63,888 nucleotides of DNA, filler included, from an uncultured bacterium (GCA_964543115.1; 3 parts of 3 records of this genome joined end to end with filler, not necessarily neighbours in it), one strand, 5' to 3'. Shown: positions 27,116 to 38,251, counted from the whole stretch's first letter. Notes: generated by a model from the letters alone, not told the origin. Numbers and translations: made by a program.

Positions 27116-30100
27116 TCAAGGGGATGCAGCAACAGCCGCAGACAAACCATGCGCAAGCGGAGCCGCAGACAACAAATCCAGCCTTTCTCTGATTTCAACT
27201 GAATCAGGATCAAATTCTAAATAGTTACTGTAGAGTGCGGCTGCCTGCGCCAAATCACCCTGTTGAACGAGTTCCTCCGCCCTGGCCGCCAATAACTGCA
27301 GATATAAAGCCTTTTTCTCTTCGTAAAATATATCACCTGGCCTAATCAAAGCCGGCAAATCAGCGAGAAACTCCGCCTTAATAATCTTTAGTATTTTACC
27401 GGCAATGTCTGCTGGACTTTCATTAAAGGTCTCAAATTCAAAATGTTTTTCAAATGGATATTTGCTTAATATCGCCGCAATTGCCGGTGCAGGATCGAGC
27501 TCAAACGGCTCGAGATACACATACCTGTTATCATTTAACTCCAATAGAAAGAGGCTGTCACAGCCCGCGCTTTTTGTCTTTCCTCCGTCACCCCAGCGCA
27601 ATAACGGAGCGTTATCCACAATATATCTATTAGCATGGTTACTGCCAAAGTAGGCAACAACTGTTGGGTTTAATACCCGCGGGGAATAACAATAGAAAGC
27701 CATGAGAATATAATAGTTTAATAAACATTCAACAAAACCTTCTATGCTCATCTGCGGATTTGTTAATATATTATTAAAACTTGTGCCGATGCCCGCGGCC
27801 CGCAAGGCCTCCAGCACCGCAAATCCCTGCCTGAAACTGTGACCCTTATTCAACGCCAACGCCGCCTGATCACTCAGCCCGTCTATCCCCAAACCCATAC
27901 CATAAGCTCCGTATTTTCTCGGGATAATATCGCCAAAATGCCGGGCCGCCAATGTTTTCTCAGGAACACCTACCGCCTTTAATCTCTCAATTAAGCCGGT
28001 ATCCGGCTCCCCGGCGGCCGTTAAAAGATTCTGCACGGAAATATTTTCAATACCTAGAAGATAAAGCGGTTCCGGACATTCCAGCCTTTCTCTTTCATCT
28101 TCTAATGCCGCGATAAGATCATTACCCCAGCGCCCGTTCAATAAAAGATCATCATCCACCAACCAAACAGAGTGTTCTGATCCTCTCGACTCCGCTGTAG
28201 AAAATCTTCTTCCCGAAAGAAACTCATCCCTGTTTTCTAGCCAGGCAAGTAATTCATTTACCTCCACAACCTGGCGCCCGGATAGCTGCCCAGACTCACA
28301 AAAATTACAATGCTTTGTACAACCCCGGGACAGCACCAAATTATCAATCGGCTCTTCTCTCCGATAATCCGGCAATCTAATTTTACCCCGATTAACACTC
28401 CCTAACTCACCCACACACAACTCAGCGGGTAAATCAACAAGCACCCCCGCCCTTGCCCCTGAAACGGTAGTCTGATCTTTCAGAAATGCCTTCCCGCTGT
28501 CTGTATCAATAACAATATCTTCAACAATATCAGCAAAAACATCTGGGTCAAAGCCCCGGAAAACTATATCCGCTTCGGCAAAAATAAGTGCCATTTCTTC
28601 CGGTGCCTTGATCACACTGGGACCGCCGACAGCAACCAATTTCTGCGGAAATCTTGCTTTTATATTCCTGATTAAACTCAATTTGTCTGTAAGATATCCG
28701 TCATAAATAGAGATAACCACTATGTCCGACTGAGCCATACGGCGCAGCCACTTTTCTCCTAACCCGGGCAGAAAACCATCAGCTGCTGCTCCTTCCTCAC
28801 TTTCCAGCGCGCGCCGTAGACTGTCGTAAACAAGTGCACCAAAGTGCTCTGTATACTGGGAAAAACTAGGAATATGATCCATTACTGTTAAGTCCCTGCG
28901 CCGTAATTCATCCGCCAGCAGACAGTGCCCATAGTGCGACATTTTATCCGAAAAGAAAAATGTAGCGGGCCGCCTTGTTTTGCCAGCTGGAACATTTTTC
29001 TTTTCACAATCCTCTTCCACCCTTAACGCTTCTGCTTTCATTTTCAGGGCAGAGGCAATAACCTTTTTCTGTTTTTCCGCTGTTTGCTGAAGGAATTCAG
29101 CTCTGACAAATACTACCGGCTTTTCGACACCTGAACCCTCTCCCGTGAGGGATTCGACAAAATAAACATCACCGGTAACATCCCTGCGCACCAGATAATC
29201 GCCTTTGGCCAGCATGTCTTCGTATTTAGCTGGATCAGCAAGCACATAAACATCAGCACCCCTGAGCATCTCTCTATCGCCTGCGGGTAATTTTCCCTCC
29301 AAAACCAGGGCCAGCGATTTTAAGACTCTCAACTTATGGTGACGGGAAACCCTACCCGCACCCTCTACTTTTAACCGCCAATTTCCGGGAAACCCCAGCC
29401 GCACTACCTGCCAACCGCCACGGCCATCCGGTTTAACCGCATATTTCCTATATCCCTGCTTGTTGTTCTGCGAGTGGATTATTCGGTTAATTAAAACCCC
29501 GTAATTCTTCATCTGCCTGCTTAAGCTCCTGACCTCCTCCGTTTTTCCTTCCGTTTCCGCCTGCACACACAACTGCGCCAGCGCCAATCTTTCATCTTCT
29601 AAGAAAAGCTGCAGGAGATACAGGGCCTTTACCGCTAGCACGTCATTATTGTTTCTAACCAGCAGGAAAACTTTCCTCAACGCCGCCTGGGATAAATCCC
29701 CGCCTTTACCTTCGCTGTTGCGTAAAATAACCGCAATATAGTGCAGAGCCAGCATTAGTTCTGCCTCGGTCGGGCTATCTCTTTTTCCATTAAACTCTAT
29801 AAGAAACCCTGCCGCCCGGGCCAGCACCGCCCTGGACGGACGCTGTGCGCTAGATTCGGCAGAGAGTGCCGCCGACACATATCTTTTGCTTATCGCGGGT
29901 AACGCGGCGGCCTGCTCAAGTAAGTGTCTACTAATATTTTTCGTTCCTAGAGCATCAACTAATTGATCGTTCCCCAGCCAGAGCCTGGGATACGGGAGTA
30001 AATCTCTGGCGGCAATAACCGCGTCTTCGCTTTCCAACCGATAAAAGATATTGCCGATTCTCACAAATACCCCGTCTGCGGTCACTATCCTTTCTCCGGC

Positions 30101-30235
30101 AATATGTCCCCCGGCCGTATCCGCCAGCATACGCCCAAAGTCCCCATTCTCACGCCAGGCACTAAGCGCAAAACCAGCACGCTGCTGCCCCAGCAGAAAA
30201 CTTACAATCATCAATAAAATCAGCACTCTTTTCAT
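27116..30235 (-). CDS. Large signal-peptide protein with B12-binding radical SAM domain and C-terminal TPR-like segment
   Basis: MKRVLILLMIVSFLLG, VAVGGPSV, SRGCTKHCNFCES (CxxxCxxC), LVDDDL, AAALYSNYLEFDPDSVEIR. Confidence 0.75.
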   Translation of the reverse strand: MKRVLILLMIVSFLLGQQRAGFALSAWRENGDFGRMLADTAGGHIAGERIVTADGVFVRIGNIFYRLESEDAVIAARDLLPYPRLWLGNDQLVDALGTKNISRHLLEQAAALPAISKRYVSAALSAESSAQRPSRAVLARAAGFLIEFNGKRDSPTEAELMLALHYIAVILRNSEGKGGDLSQAALRKVFLLVRNNNDVLAVKALYLLQLFLEDERLALAQLCVQAETEGKTEEVRSLSRQMKNYGVLINRIIHSQNNKQGYRKYAVKPDGRGGWQVVRLGFPGNWRLKVEGAGRVSRHHKLRVLKSLALVLEGKLPAGDREMLRGADVYVLADPAKYEDMLAKGDYLVRRDVTGDVYFVESLTGEGSGVEKPVVFVRAEFLQQTAEKQKKVIASALKMKAEALRVEEDCEKKNVPAGKTRRPATFFFSDKMSHYGHCLLADELRRRDLTVMDHIPSFSQYTEHFGALVYDSLRRALESEEGAAADGFLPGLGEKWLRRMAQSDIVVISIYDGYLTDKLSLIRNIKARFPQKLVAVGGPSVIKAPEEMALIFAEADIVFRGFDPDVFADIVEDIVIDTDSGKAFLKDQTTVSGARAGVLVDLPAELCVGELGSVNRGKIRLPDYRREEPIDNLVLSRGCTKHCNFCESGQLSGRQVVEVNELLAWLENRDEFLSGRRFSTAESRGSEHSVWLVDDDLLLNGRWGNDLIAALEDERERLECPEPLYLLGIENISVQNLLTAAGEPDTGLIERLKAVGVPEKTLAARHFGDIIPRKYGAYGMGLGIDGLSDQAALALNKGHSFRQGFAVLEALRAAGIGTSFNNILTNPQMSIEGFVECLLNYYILMAFYCYSPRVLNPTVVAYFGSNHANRYIVDNAPLLRWGDGGKTKSAGCDSLFLLELNDNRYVYLEPFELDPAPAIAAILSKYPFEKHFEFETFNESPADIAGKILKIIKAEFLADLPALIRPGDIFYEEKKALYLQLLAARAEELVQQGDLAQAAALYSNYLEFDPDSVEIRERLDLLSAAPLAHGLSAAVAASP

Positions 30236-30584
30236 GGTTTTCTTTTATAAAGAAAAGCAGCTATTAAATTTAAAGTTAGTTATATTATTTAAGAATATAT
30301 CTTTTATGTAATATTTAAAAATCGTATACAAAAAAAATTATAATACATCCATTAAAAAAAATGAAAATTACACAAAAAAAGCAGCTTATTTTTTACCCCT
30401 TGGCGAAAAGCAGTTCGGGTAACTTATTAAGCTGCATAAATTTACATCTTCTATCACTTGGAATTGGCTTGCTTTGTGTGCTGTATAAATATACCTGAAA
30501 AACAGCCACTTGTCAAGTCCCTTGACATTTTTACAATTACACACTAACGTTCAACATCAAATGGTGCATTTGGGGCTAGAGAAG

Positions 30585-30619
30585 AAAAAAAGGGATGGCT
30601 CTTAAAGAACCATCCCTTT
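30585..30619 (-). terminator. Intrinsic terminator after the GMP synthase gene
   Basis: AAAGGGATGG...CCATCCCTTT inverted repeat; the adjacent A tract gives a U tail on the minus strand. Confidence 0.65.
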
Positions 30620-30654
30620 CTAGATACTCGCTCCCCCTATTTAGAGGAGAGACA

Positions 30655-31635
30655 TTATACAGCTTCGATTGTCGATGGGGGTTTAGTGGTAATATTATAG
30701 GTAACACTAACCACTCCCGGGACTTCTGTGGTTATCCGGGCGGCAATCTTTTCCAGTGTTTCAAAAGGCAGCCGGGTCGGGGTAGCGGTACGGGCATCGG
30801 TGCTGTTCCAGCACCTTACCTCTATCTGCTGCCCATAGTCTCTTTTATTTTCCCGCATACCAGTTACCTTGTCCTCATGTAAAATGGCCAGATACTGGAA
30901 GACACCGGTTGCGAACAGTTCTTCCTCCACTATCTTAGTGGCGATCCTTACAGTGGCAATCCGTTCCGGAGTTACTTCCCCGATAACGCGGGCAGCCAGG
31001 GCCGGACCGGGAAACGGAGGCCTTTTGGAGATTTCTTCCGGTAAACCCAGGGCTTCAGCCACTTTGCGTACTGCTGGTTTGCGCAATTGAATCAAGGGCT
31101 CCAGTATCTTATAGCCAAAAGCAGTTTGCGGATCAATCCCCAGATGCTCAAACACGTTATGCTGGCGCTTAATCCCGGCTATGGTTTCATCCACATCCGT
31201 GAGGATGGTGCCCTGTAACAGGTGTTTTGCTCCGCTTTCCTTTACCAGCTTGCCAAATATCTCTTTATAAAAGGTCTGGGTTACGGCCTCCCGTTTTTCT
31301 TCCGGATCAGTAACTCCCTTAAAGGCATTGAAAAACTCTTTCCGGGCATCAATTATTTCTACCGGAACACCGAGTTTTTTGAAGATGGCCACCACTCTCT
31401 CCGGTTCCCCTTCCCGCATAATACCGTTATCGACAAAAACCGTTTTCAGCCGGTTTCCCAGGGCCTTATGCCCCAGCAGGGTAACGGCGGAGGAATCCAC
31501 GCCGCCGCTCAAGGCGTTAATTGCCAGTCCATCACCGACGGCAGCAGAGATTTTTTTCGTCTGCTGTTTAATAAAATCTTCCGTATTCAACCCTTCAACC
31601 GTTATTTCCTTTATCGCAGTTTCTTGTGTGCTCAT
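30655..31635 (-). CDS. guaA: GMP synthase ATP-pyrophosphatase subunit (no GATase domain)
   Basis: ALSGGVDSS, LLQGTILTD, PFPGPALAARV, ITTKPPSTIE. Start moved to MSTQ after an AGGAGG SD. Confidence 0.9.
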   Translation of the reverse strand: MSTQETAIKEITVEGLNTEDFIKQQTKKISAAVGDGLAINALSGGVDSSAVTLLGHKALGNRLKTVFVDNGIMREGEPERVVAIFKKLGVPVEIIDARKEFFNAFKGVTDPEEKREAVTQTFYKEIFGKLVKESGAKHLLQGTILTDVDETIAGIKRQHNVFEHLGIDPQTAFGYKILEPLIQLRKPAVRKVAEALGLPEEISKRPPFPGPALAARVIGEVTPERIATVRIATKIVEEELFATGVFQYLAILHEDKVTGMRENKRDYGQQIEVRCWNSTDARTATPTRLPFETLEKIAARITTEVPGVVSVTYNITTKPPSTIEAV

Positions 31636-31706
31636 ATGCACCTCCTTTTGTTGTCGAAATTGTACCATAGGGTAATTGTTGATAGCAACTTTATATTGAT
31701 TTTGCT

Positions 31707-34700
31707 ATGATATTTATTATGAGTCCTGCAACAAAAATTTCTACGCTCAAATTCCCGGAAGTACGGGTAGTGGAGGCCTCGGCAGGCAGTGGTAAGACCT
31801 ATGCCCTGGCCAAACGCTATCTGCAGCTTCTGCTCAATCCCCAAGCCGGCTCAGAAGATATTCGTAATATCCTGGCGATCACCTTTACCAATAAGGCCGC
31901 CCGGGAAATGAAGGAGCGGATCCTGGAATTCCTGAAAAGAATAGCCCTCAATGACTGGCCCAACCGAAAACTCCAAGAAGATATCCTGGGCAGTTTGCCG
32001 GTCAGCAAAGCTGCCGCCGGCCGGCTGGCTGGCCGACTGCTGGACTACATTATCCACAATTACAATTTTTTTCAGGTGCAAACAATCGACAGTTTTGTCA
32101 ATCTCATCTTAAACGGCTGCGCCTTCAGCCTCCGCCTATCGGCAAATTTTCAGATAAAAGATAATATTGAGGACTTCCTCACTTACAGTATTGATGAATA
32201 CATCGACTTGGCCGGCAAGGGTGAAGCCCGCCGTGATCTGCGCAAACAATTGGATGAATTTCTGATCCAATATATCTATCTGGAGAACAAAACCGGCTGG
32301 CTGCCCAGACAGGATATGCTGAAACTGCTAAAAACGCTCTTTACCCAAATATCTCTTTACGGCGGGCCGCTGAAGAGCTTTCCCTTAACGGTCGATCTGC
32401 GCCGGGAAAAGCATAAAATAATGGCCTCGTTCCGTAAGATACAGGAAAAACTTCCCGAAGAGGCCAACAAAACATTCCGGAAAACACTGGTTAGTTTCCT
32501 GGAAAACAATAAAGACAGTTTTGATTTCGCGGCATTTAAACAGAAGACCTCGCTGGTTAGGGCACATATTCCCCTGCTAAAAAACAGCATTATCCCGAAA
32601 AAACTCGACCGTTCCTGGCAAGAGCTCCAGGAAAAAATCACTGAAACAGCCGGGCTGGAAGCCTTTTCTCTTTTTAATTGTTATATTGATATTTTTAGTT
32701 TTGTTTATCGTTTTTTTCGTCAATTTGCCCGCCGGGAAGACGTTTTGTTTTTATCCGAGCTCAATCAGCAGGCCCAGACCTTGATAGACGAACACGGAGT
32801 AACCGTACCTGAACTCTACTACCGCCTGGCTACCCGTTACCGCCATTATCTGATTGATGAATTCCAGGACACCAGCCTTCTCCAGTGGCAGAATATTCTG
32901 CCCATGGTAGAGGATACCCTGTCTGCCGGCGGATCACTTTTTTATGTCGGCGACAAAAAGCAGGCAATCTACCGTTTTCGCGGCGGTGACGTATCTTTAT
33001 TTGACCGGGTCAAAGAGGATTTCGCCGCCTTTAACATTCGGCCCGAATCATTACGCACAAATCACCGCAGCCATGAACAGATAGTGCTTTTCAATAACGC
33101 GGTGTTCTCAGCTGAAAATTTAAGTAATTTTATTCAGGCCCAGCAGGAAAACCCAAAAAATGAGTTGAAATTATTCTCCCCAGAGGAAACCGCGGAAATT
33201 TTGGCGGTATTTAAAAATTCCCGCCAGGAACTGCCGGAAAATAAACAGGGCGGCTATGTCCTGGCGGAAGAAGTTCTCTGCCGGGACACTGAAGAAAAAA
33301 AGGAACAGCTGAAGCTGCGGCTGATCCCGCTGCTGCGGGAACTGCAGACCCGTTTCGCCCCCGGTGATATAGCCATTCTCTGCCGGGATAACAAGGACCT
33401 GGAACTGGTCAGCGGCTGGCTGATCGATGAAAAGATCCCCGTAGAGTCAGAGAAGACCCTGAACATCAGAAACAACCGTTACATCAAGGAAGTGATCTCC
33501 TTACTCGGTTTTCTCAGTTCCCCCATAGACAACCTCTCCTTTGCCTCTTTTCTGCTGGGTGATATCTTTTCTGCCGCAACTGGGATAAAGAAAGAACAGC
33601 TGGAAAACTTTCTTTTAGATTGCCGCCCGCATACCGGACGGGACAAAAACTTTTACATTTACCAGGAATTCCGCCGTCTTTACCCGAGAATCTGGGAAAG
33701 CTATCTGGAAGGGTTTTTTAAAAATGCCGGGCTTCTCGGCCTCTACGAACTTCTCGCCGGCATATTTACTGAATTTAAACTGCTGGTCAATTTCCCGCAT
33801 CATCACGGGTTTTTCGCCCGCCTACTGGAAATTGTCCGGGAAAAAGAAGATGAGTACGCGGGTATCGCTGATTTTCTGGCTTATTTCCGGGAGGCCAGGC
33901 CCGATGACCTCTATGTGGATTTTTCTTCTGCTGAGGCTATCAAGGTGATGAGTATTCACAAAGCCAAGGGACTGGGTTTTGGCGTAGTCGTTGTCCCTTT
34001 CCTGGAGCTAAACATTAATGATCTGGGGCCCGGTGGAAGAAAGAGCGATGTTTCCTTTACTGTCATGCCGGCCAATAATGGCTTAGCCCTTATACGCCTG
34101 GACAGTAAATACGCCTTGCTTTCTCCGCCGGTTGCCGCTGCCTACCGAGAAGAATACCGCAAGGCATTTATTGATGAACTGAATTCCGTTTATGTTGCCT
34201 TGACCAGGGCACGGGAGGAACTATACCTCTTTATCCCGCACGGCATGAGTAAAAGCAAAAATATAGTTCCCCTGCTTGTTCCGGAAGACCTGCGTCTGCG
34301 GGGAAACAGATCAGCACAGAAGCCACCCGCGGAAAAAGGGGCAGCCACCTGCACGCTAGCCACATCCGCCTATACAAACTGGCTCAGTTTTCTTAAAAAC
34401 GAATTCGGCGATCTAAGCGCGTTAAAGAACAGAGGCAAAATATTGCGGGGAAAAGTCCTCCATTTCTTATTATCGGCGGTTGATAATCTCCGGGATCAAG
34501 ACATTGATGAGATTATGACGCTGGCTGCGGCAAGGGCCGCCCGCGAGTTTCCCGCCAGGGGCAGCTTTTCTGAATACAAAACAATAATCAAACGGGTAGT
34601 CAGCCATTCCGACACGCGGAAGTTTTTTTATCTTGACGATGGTCTGGTCTGCCGGGAGAAAGAAGTAGTGGACTCGCGGGGGTGTTTGCGGAGGATTGAC

Positions 34701-34883
34701 CGGCTGATCGTAAAAGAACATGAGGCCTGGGTAATCGATTACAAATCCCGCTTCGAAAAAACGGCGGATTACCGCCGGCAGATCCTCGAATATATGGCAA
34801 TAATCAAAGAAATCTATCCTTTAAAAAGGGTGAAAGGGTTTTTAATCTATCTTGAAGACGCAAAAACAGAAGAAATACTTTAG
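31707..34883 (+). CDS. addA: UvrD/AddA-like helicase-nuclease
   Basis: ASAGSGKT, ITFTNKAA, LIDEFQDT, VGDKKQAIYRFRGG, SIHKAKGL, YVALTRA, C-terminal IDRL...IDYK. Confidence 0.85.
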   Translation: MIFIMSPATKISTLKFPEVRVVEASAGSGKTYALAKRYLQLLLNPQAGSEDIRNILAITFTNKAAREMKERILEFLKRIALNDWPNRKLQEDILGSLPVSKAAAGRLAGRLLDYIIHNYNFFQVQTIDSFVNLILNGCAFSLRLSANFQIKDNIEDFLTYSIDEYIDLAGKGEARRDLRKQLDEFLIQYIYLENKTGWLPRQDMLKLLKTLFTQISLYGGPLKSFPLTVDLRREKHKIMASFRKIQEKLPEEANKTFRKTLVSFLENNKDSFDFAAFKQKTSLVRAHIPLLKNSIIPKKLDRSWQELQEKITETAGLEAFSLFNCYIDIFSFVYRFFRQFARREDVLFLSELNQQAQTLIDEHGVTVPELYYRLATRYRHYLIDEFQDTSLLQWQNILPMVEDTLSAGGSLFYVGDKKQAIYRFRGGDVSLFDRVKEDFAAFNIRPESLRTNHRSHEQIVLFNNAVFSAENLSNFIQAQQENPKNELKLFSPEETAEILAVFKNSRQELPENKQGGYVLAEEVLCRDTEEKKEQLKLRLIPLLRELQTRFAPGDIAILCRDNKDLELVSGWLIDEKIPVESEKTLNIRNNRYIKEVISLLGFLSSPIDNLSFASFLLGDIFSAATGIKKEQLENFLLDCRPHTGRDKNFYIYQEFRRLYPRIWESYLEGFFKNAGLLGLYELLAGIFTEFKLLVNFPHHHGFFARLLEIVREKEDEYAGIADFLAYFREARPDDLYVDFSSAEAIKVMSIHKAKGLGFGVVVVPFLELNINDLGPGGRKSDVSFTVMPANNGLALIRLDSKYALLSPPVAAAYREEYRKAFIDELNSVYVALTRAREELYLFIPHGMSKSKNIVPLLVPEDLRLRGNRSAQKPPAEKGAATCTLATSAYTNWLSFLKNEFGDLSALKNRGKILRGKVLHFLLSAVDNLRDQDIDEIMTLAAARAAREFPARGSFSEYKTIIKRVVSHSDTRKFFYLDDGLVCREKEVVDSRGCLRRIDRLIVKEHEAWVIDYKSRFEKTADYRRQILEYMAIIKEIYPLKRVKGFLIYLEDAKTEEIL

Positions 34884-34932
34884 TATATTAATAGTTAACT
34901 ATATTAATTATTAAATCTATTAACTAATTAGC

Positions 34933-37752
34933 ATGAATAAGATAATTACCTGTGGTTTTGGCGAAAACGTTATTCAGCGTTTGGCCGGTCATATTGTAGA
35001 TAATTTCGCGGCCGATGGCCGGGATCTCAGCCGTCTGGCCGTAGTTTTCGGCGGCCGGCGTCCCGCTCTGTTCCTCCGTCAGGAACTGGCCCGGATAACC
35101 GGTAAAAGCTATCTGAGTCCGCGGTTCTTCTCTGCTGAAGAATTCATCCGCTGGCTGCTTACTGAGCATGAGGATTTTGCGAATATTTCAGAATTGGAGG
35201 CCTGCTATACTATTTATAATCTCATTAGAGAACATACACCAGAGATACTGCCGGAGAATGACAGTTTTGCCGATTTCCTGCCCTGGGCCAGAGAGATTGC
35301 CTCTTTTATTGATGAGCTGGATCTTGAGGATGTGCCGCCGGATAAGTTGGCCGAAGTCCAGGCCAGCGCGCAGATTGGTTTTGAGGCCCCGGAAAAAATA
35401 AATATACTACTAAGCGGAATTATCGTACTTCGCCGGGCCTATCACCGGACTCTCAAAGAACGCCGCCTTTACTCGCGCGGGCTCATGTACCTGGAAGCCG
35501 CCAGGCAGATTAAAAACATATTGCCGCAGGAATTTGAGCAGATTATTTTCGGCAACCTTTTCTACCTGCACAACACCGAAAAGCAAATCATTAAACATTT
35601 ATACACCAAGAACATGGCCCAGCTGTTTTTTCAGCGGGACGGCGGCAGCTGGCCCATACTTGATAAATTAGGCGCTGAACTGAATTGCCGGATAATGCCT
35701 GAAGATAAAACAAAACCGGCTTATAAACTGAATATTTACAAGGGTTTTGATACCCACTCTCAGGCAGGGATCGTGAACAGCGAAATCCTGCCTAAGCTAA
35801 ATGACTGTGAAAATACGGTAATTGTCCTCCCCCAGTCCGGCAGCCTGATACCGCTGTTAACTGAAATCGCTCCGCGAGTAAAGAATTTTAATGTTTCAAT
35901 GGGATTTCCCCTTAACAGAAGCCCGGTCTATACACTCTTCCAGGACATTTTCAGAGCCCAGGCCACCAGTAAAGAGGGCGCTTATTATACTAGGGACTAC
36001 CTTAAGGTTATGCTCAATCCCTTGATCAAAAATTTAGATCTTACCGGCAGGCCGGCCACTACCAGAATCCTCTGTCACAAGCTGGAAGAAATACTTCTGG
36101 GCAGGGAAGAAACCAGTATTAGTGGCAGCCTGTTCCTTAAGCTGGCGGATACAGAGGGATTGCGGGAACTCTACACGCTGGCGGCAGAATTGATCGGTCA
36201 GGGAACGACAAAACAGGAATTGGAGAGCCTGCTGCGGCAGATCCATGATTTTGCCTTCCGTTGCTGGGAAAAAATAAACAATTTTTCTTCTCTGGCTGAC
36301 TTACTGACTGAATTCCTGGATTTGCTCATAAACAAAAGTTTTCCCGGCAGCTACCCGCTTAATCTTGAGATTATTGAACGGATCTACGGCCTAAAAGACC
36401 AGCTGGCCGGAGCAAAATACCGGCAGGAGACATTCCAGCCGCAGGAAATCTTCAAAATATTTTCCCAGTTGCTCTGCCGGGAAGTCATCTCATTTTCCGG
36501 TTCACCGCTCGCCGGACTGCAGGTGCTCGGACTGCTGGAAACCCGCACCCTCAGCTTCAGGAATGTTATTGTGCTAGACGCCAATGAAGGCACCCTTCCG
36601 CGCCTGCGTACAACCGAGCCGCTGGTACCCAGACAGATTATGGTCAACCTCGGTTTGAACCGCTATGAGCAGGAAGAGGAAATCCAGCGCTACCATTTCC
36701 TGCGCCTGGTTTCCGGGGCCAAAAATGTCCATCTTATATATAATGACAGCCCGGAAAAGGAAAAAAGCCGTTTTCTGGAAGAACTGATCTGGTCACGGCA
36801 AAAGCGGAAAAAATCCCTCACTGTTGCGCCCGCCCGCCAGGCACGTTTCCAGATTGACGCCCTGCCGCCCAAGGGCGGTATGCCGAAAAGTCCGGCCGCA
36901 GCGGCATTACTGGCGGATTTTGAGTTCTCTCCTTCCAGTATCGATACCTACCTTAATTGTCCGCTGCAATTCTATTATCAATACGTTCTGCGGCTGGAAG
37001 AAAAAGGAGAACTGCTCGCTGAACCGGAAAGCAGGGAAATCGGTAATTTTATTCACAACCTGCTGGAAGATACTTTTCGCCCGTTCCTTGCCCGCAAGCC
37101 GTTAATTGACGATACATTCCGTAAAAAGTTTCAACAGGAGTTCTCACGTCAATTTGAGCAGAAAATGAAAAAACGCCTGGGTGCTGACGCATTTATGGTA
37201 AAAGACATTATGCGTCACCGTCTGCAGAAATTTTTAGCTAAGGAAAGTGAAAGAGACGTGAAAAAAATACTCTGCCTGGAGGACAGCTCTCTGGGGTCGC
37301 CGATCACATTAGCCGGAAAAAAAGTTTGTTTTAAATGCCGGGTAGACAGAATCGATCTGCTCTCCGATGATACTGTCCTCGTCCTTGACTACAAAACCGG
37401 CAGCGGCTCCCAGACCCCGGCCGCACTGCGCACACTGGAAAAAATGCCGTTAGACCGGCAGGCCATTAAGGAAAAAATACATTCATTTCAGCTGCCAGTT
37501 TATTATCATTTCGCCAGGAGAAAATTTTCCCGCTCGGCACTCAATGCCGCACTTTATAACTTGCGCACCACAGAGCTGAATTATCTTATTAATCCGAAAA
37601 AACTGGAAGAACTGGGCCAGGTAATGGATATCTGCCTGAAGGCCCTGGAGGTAATTGTGGAAGAAATCCGTAACCCCGGGATAGATTTTACCGCCGATGA
37701 AACCAATCCCCGCCTCTGTGAATACTGTCCTTTCTTCTACCTCTGCCGATAA
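34933..37752 (+). CDS. addB: AddB-like inactive helicase with PD-(D/E)xK nuclease and Fe-S Cys set
   Basis: FSPSSIDTYLNCPLQFY, RVDRID, LDYKTG, FQLPVY, CEYCPFFYLC. Confidence 0.8.
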   Translation: MNKIITCGFGENVIQRLAGHIVDNFAADGRDLSRLAVVFGGRRPALFLRQELARITGKSYLSPRFFSAEEFIRWLLTEHEDFANISELEACYTIYNLIREHTPEILPENDSFADFLPWAREIASFIDELDLEDVPPDKLAEVQASAQIGFEAPEKINILLSGIIVLRRAYHRTLKERRLYSRGLMYLEAARQIKNILPQEFEQIIFGNLFYLHNTEKQIIKHLYTKNMAQLFFQRDGGSWPILDKLGAELNCRIMPEDKTKPAYKLNIYKGFDTHSQAGIVNSEILPKLNDCENTVIVLPQSGSLIPLLTEIAPRVKNFNVSMGFPLNRSPVYTLFQDIFRAQATSKEGAYYTRDYLKVMLNPLIKNLDLTGRPATTRILCHKLEEILLGREETSISGSLFLKLADTEGLRELYTLAAELIGQGTTKQELESLLRQIHDFAFRCWEKINNFSSLADLLTEFLDLLINKSFPGSYPLNLEIIERIYGLKDQLAGAKYRQETFQPQEIFKIFSQLLCREVISFSGSPLAGLQVLGLLETRTLSFRNVIVLDANEGTLPRLRTTEPLVPRQIMVNLGLNRYEQEEEIQRYHFLRLVSGAKNVHLIYNDSPEKEKSRFLEELIWSRQKRKKSLTVAPARQARFQIDALPPKGGMPKSPAAAALLADFEFSPSSIDTYLNCPLQFYYQYVLRLEEKGELLAEPESREIGNFIHNLLEDTFRPFLARKPLIDDTFRKKFQQEFSRQFEQKMKKRLGADAFMVKDIMRHRLQKFLAKESERDVKKILCLEDSSLGSPITLAGKKVCFKCRVDRIDLLSDDTVLVLDYKTGSGSQTPAALRTLEKMPLDRQAIKEKIHSFQLPVYYHFARRKFSRSALNAALYNLRTTELNYLINPKKLEELGQVMDICLKALEVIVEEIRNPGIDFTADETNPRLCEYCPFFYLCR

Positions 37753-37831
37753 AAAGGGCCAGGCAGTCTATATCCATTCATATAATAGCAGCCCCAGCTT
37801 TCGGGCCGGGCGGGCCCGGCCCCTACACCGA

Positions 37832-38251
37832 TTAACGTTTAAGGGCGGCCTGCATTTCGGAGGCTAGTTTGCTGGCGCTGCGAAAGCCGGCGCCGCCGCC
37901 AATTTTGTTGCCGTCAGAATCGGTAAAAACGATTGTCGGATAACCGCGAACATCATATTTCTTTGTCAGTTCTTCGCTCTTGTCCCCGTCTACTTTAAGG
38001 CAGACAAAGCTGGCGGACAATTCAATCACCTTGCTGTCGGTAAACGTATCCTTATCCAGCTTCTTGCACCAGCCGCACCAATCGGTGTAAATATCGATCA
38101 TCAGCGGCTTTTCCTCACTCTTGGCCTTACTAATCGCGTCCTCGTAAGAATGCAGCCAGCTGATCGAGCCGGAACCCTGCTCCGCGGAACAACCAAGAGT
38201 GAAACCACATACAAATAACACCAGAAACAATAAACAACAACTCTTCTTCAT
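37832..38251 (-). CDS. Exported thioredoxin-family protein
   Basis: WCGWC active site, YPTIVF, signal-like N-terminus. Start moved to MKKS after a GGAGG SD. Confidence 0.85.
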   Translation of the reverse strand: MKKSCCLLFLVLFVCGFTLGCSAEQGSGSISWLHSYEDAISKAKSEEKPLMIDIYTDWCGWCKKLDKDTFTDSKVIELSASFVCLKVDGDKSEELTKKYDVRGYPTIVFTDSDGNKIGGGAGFRSASKLASEMQAALKR

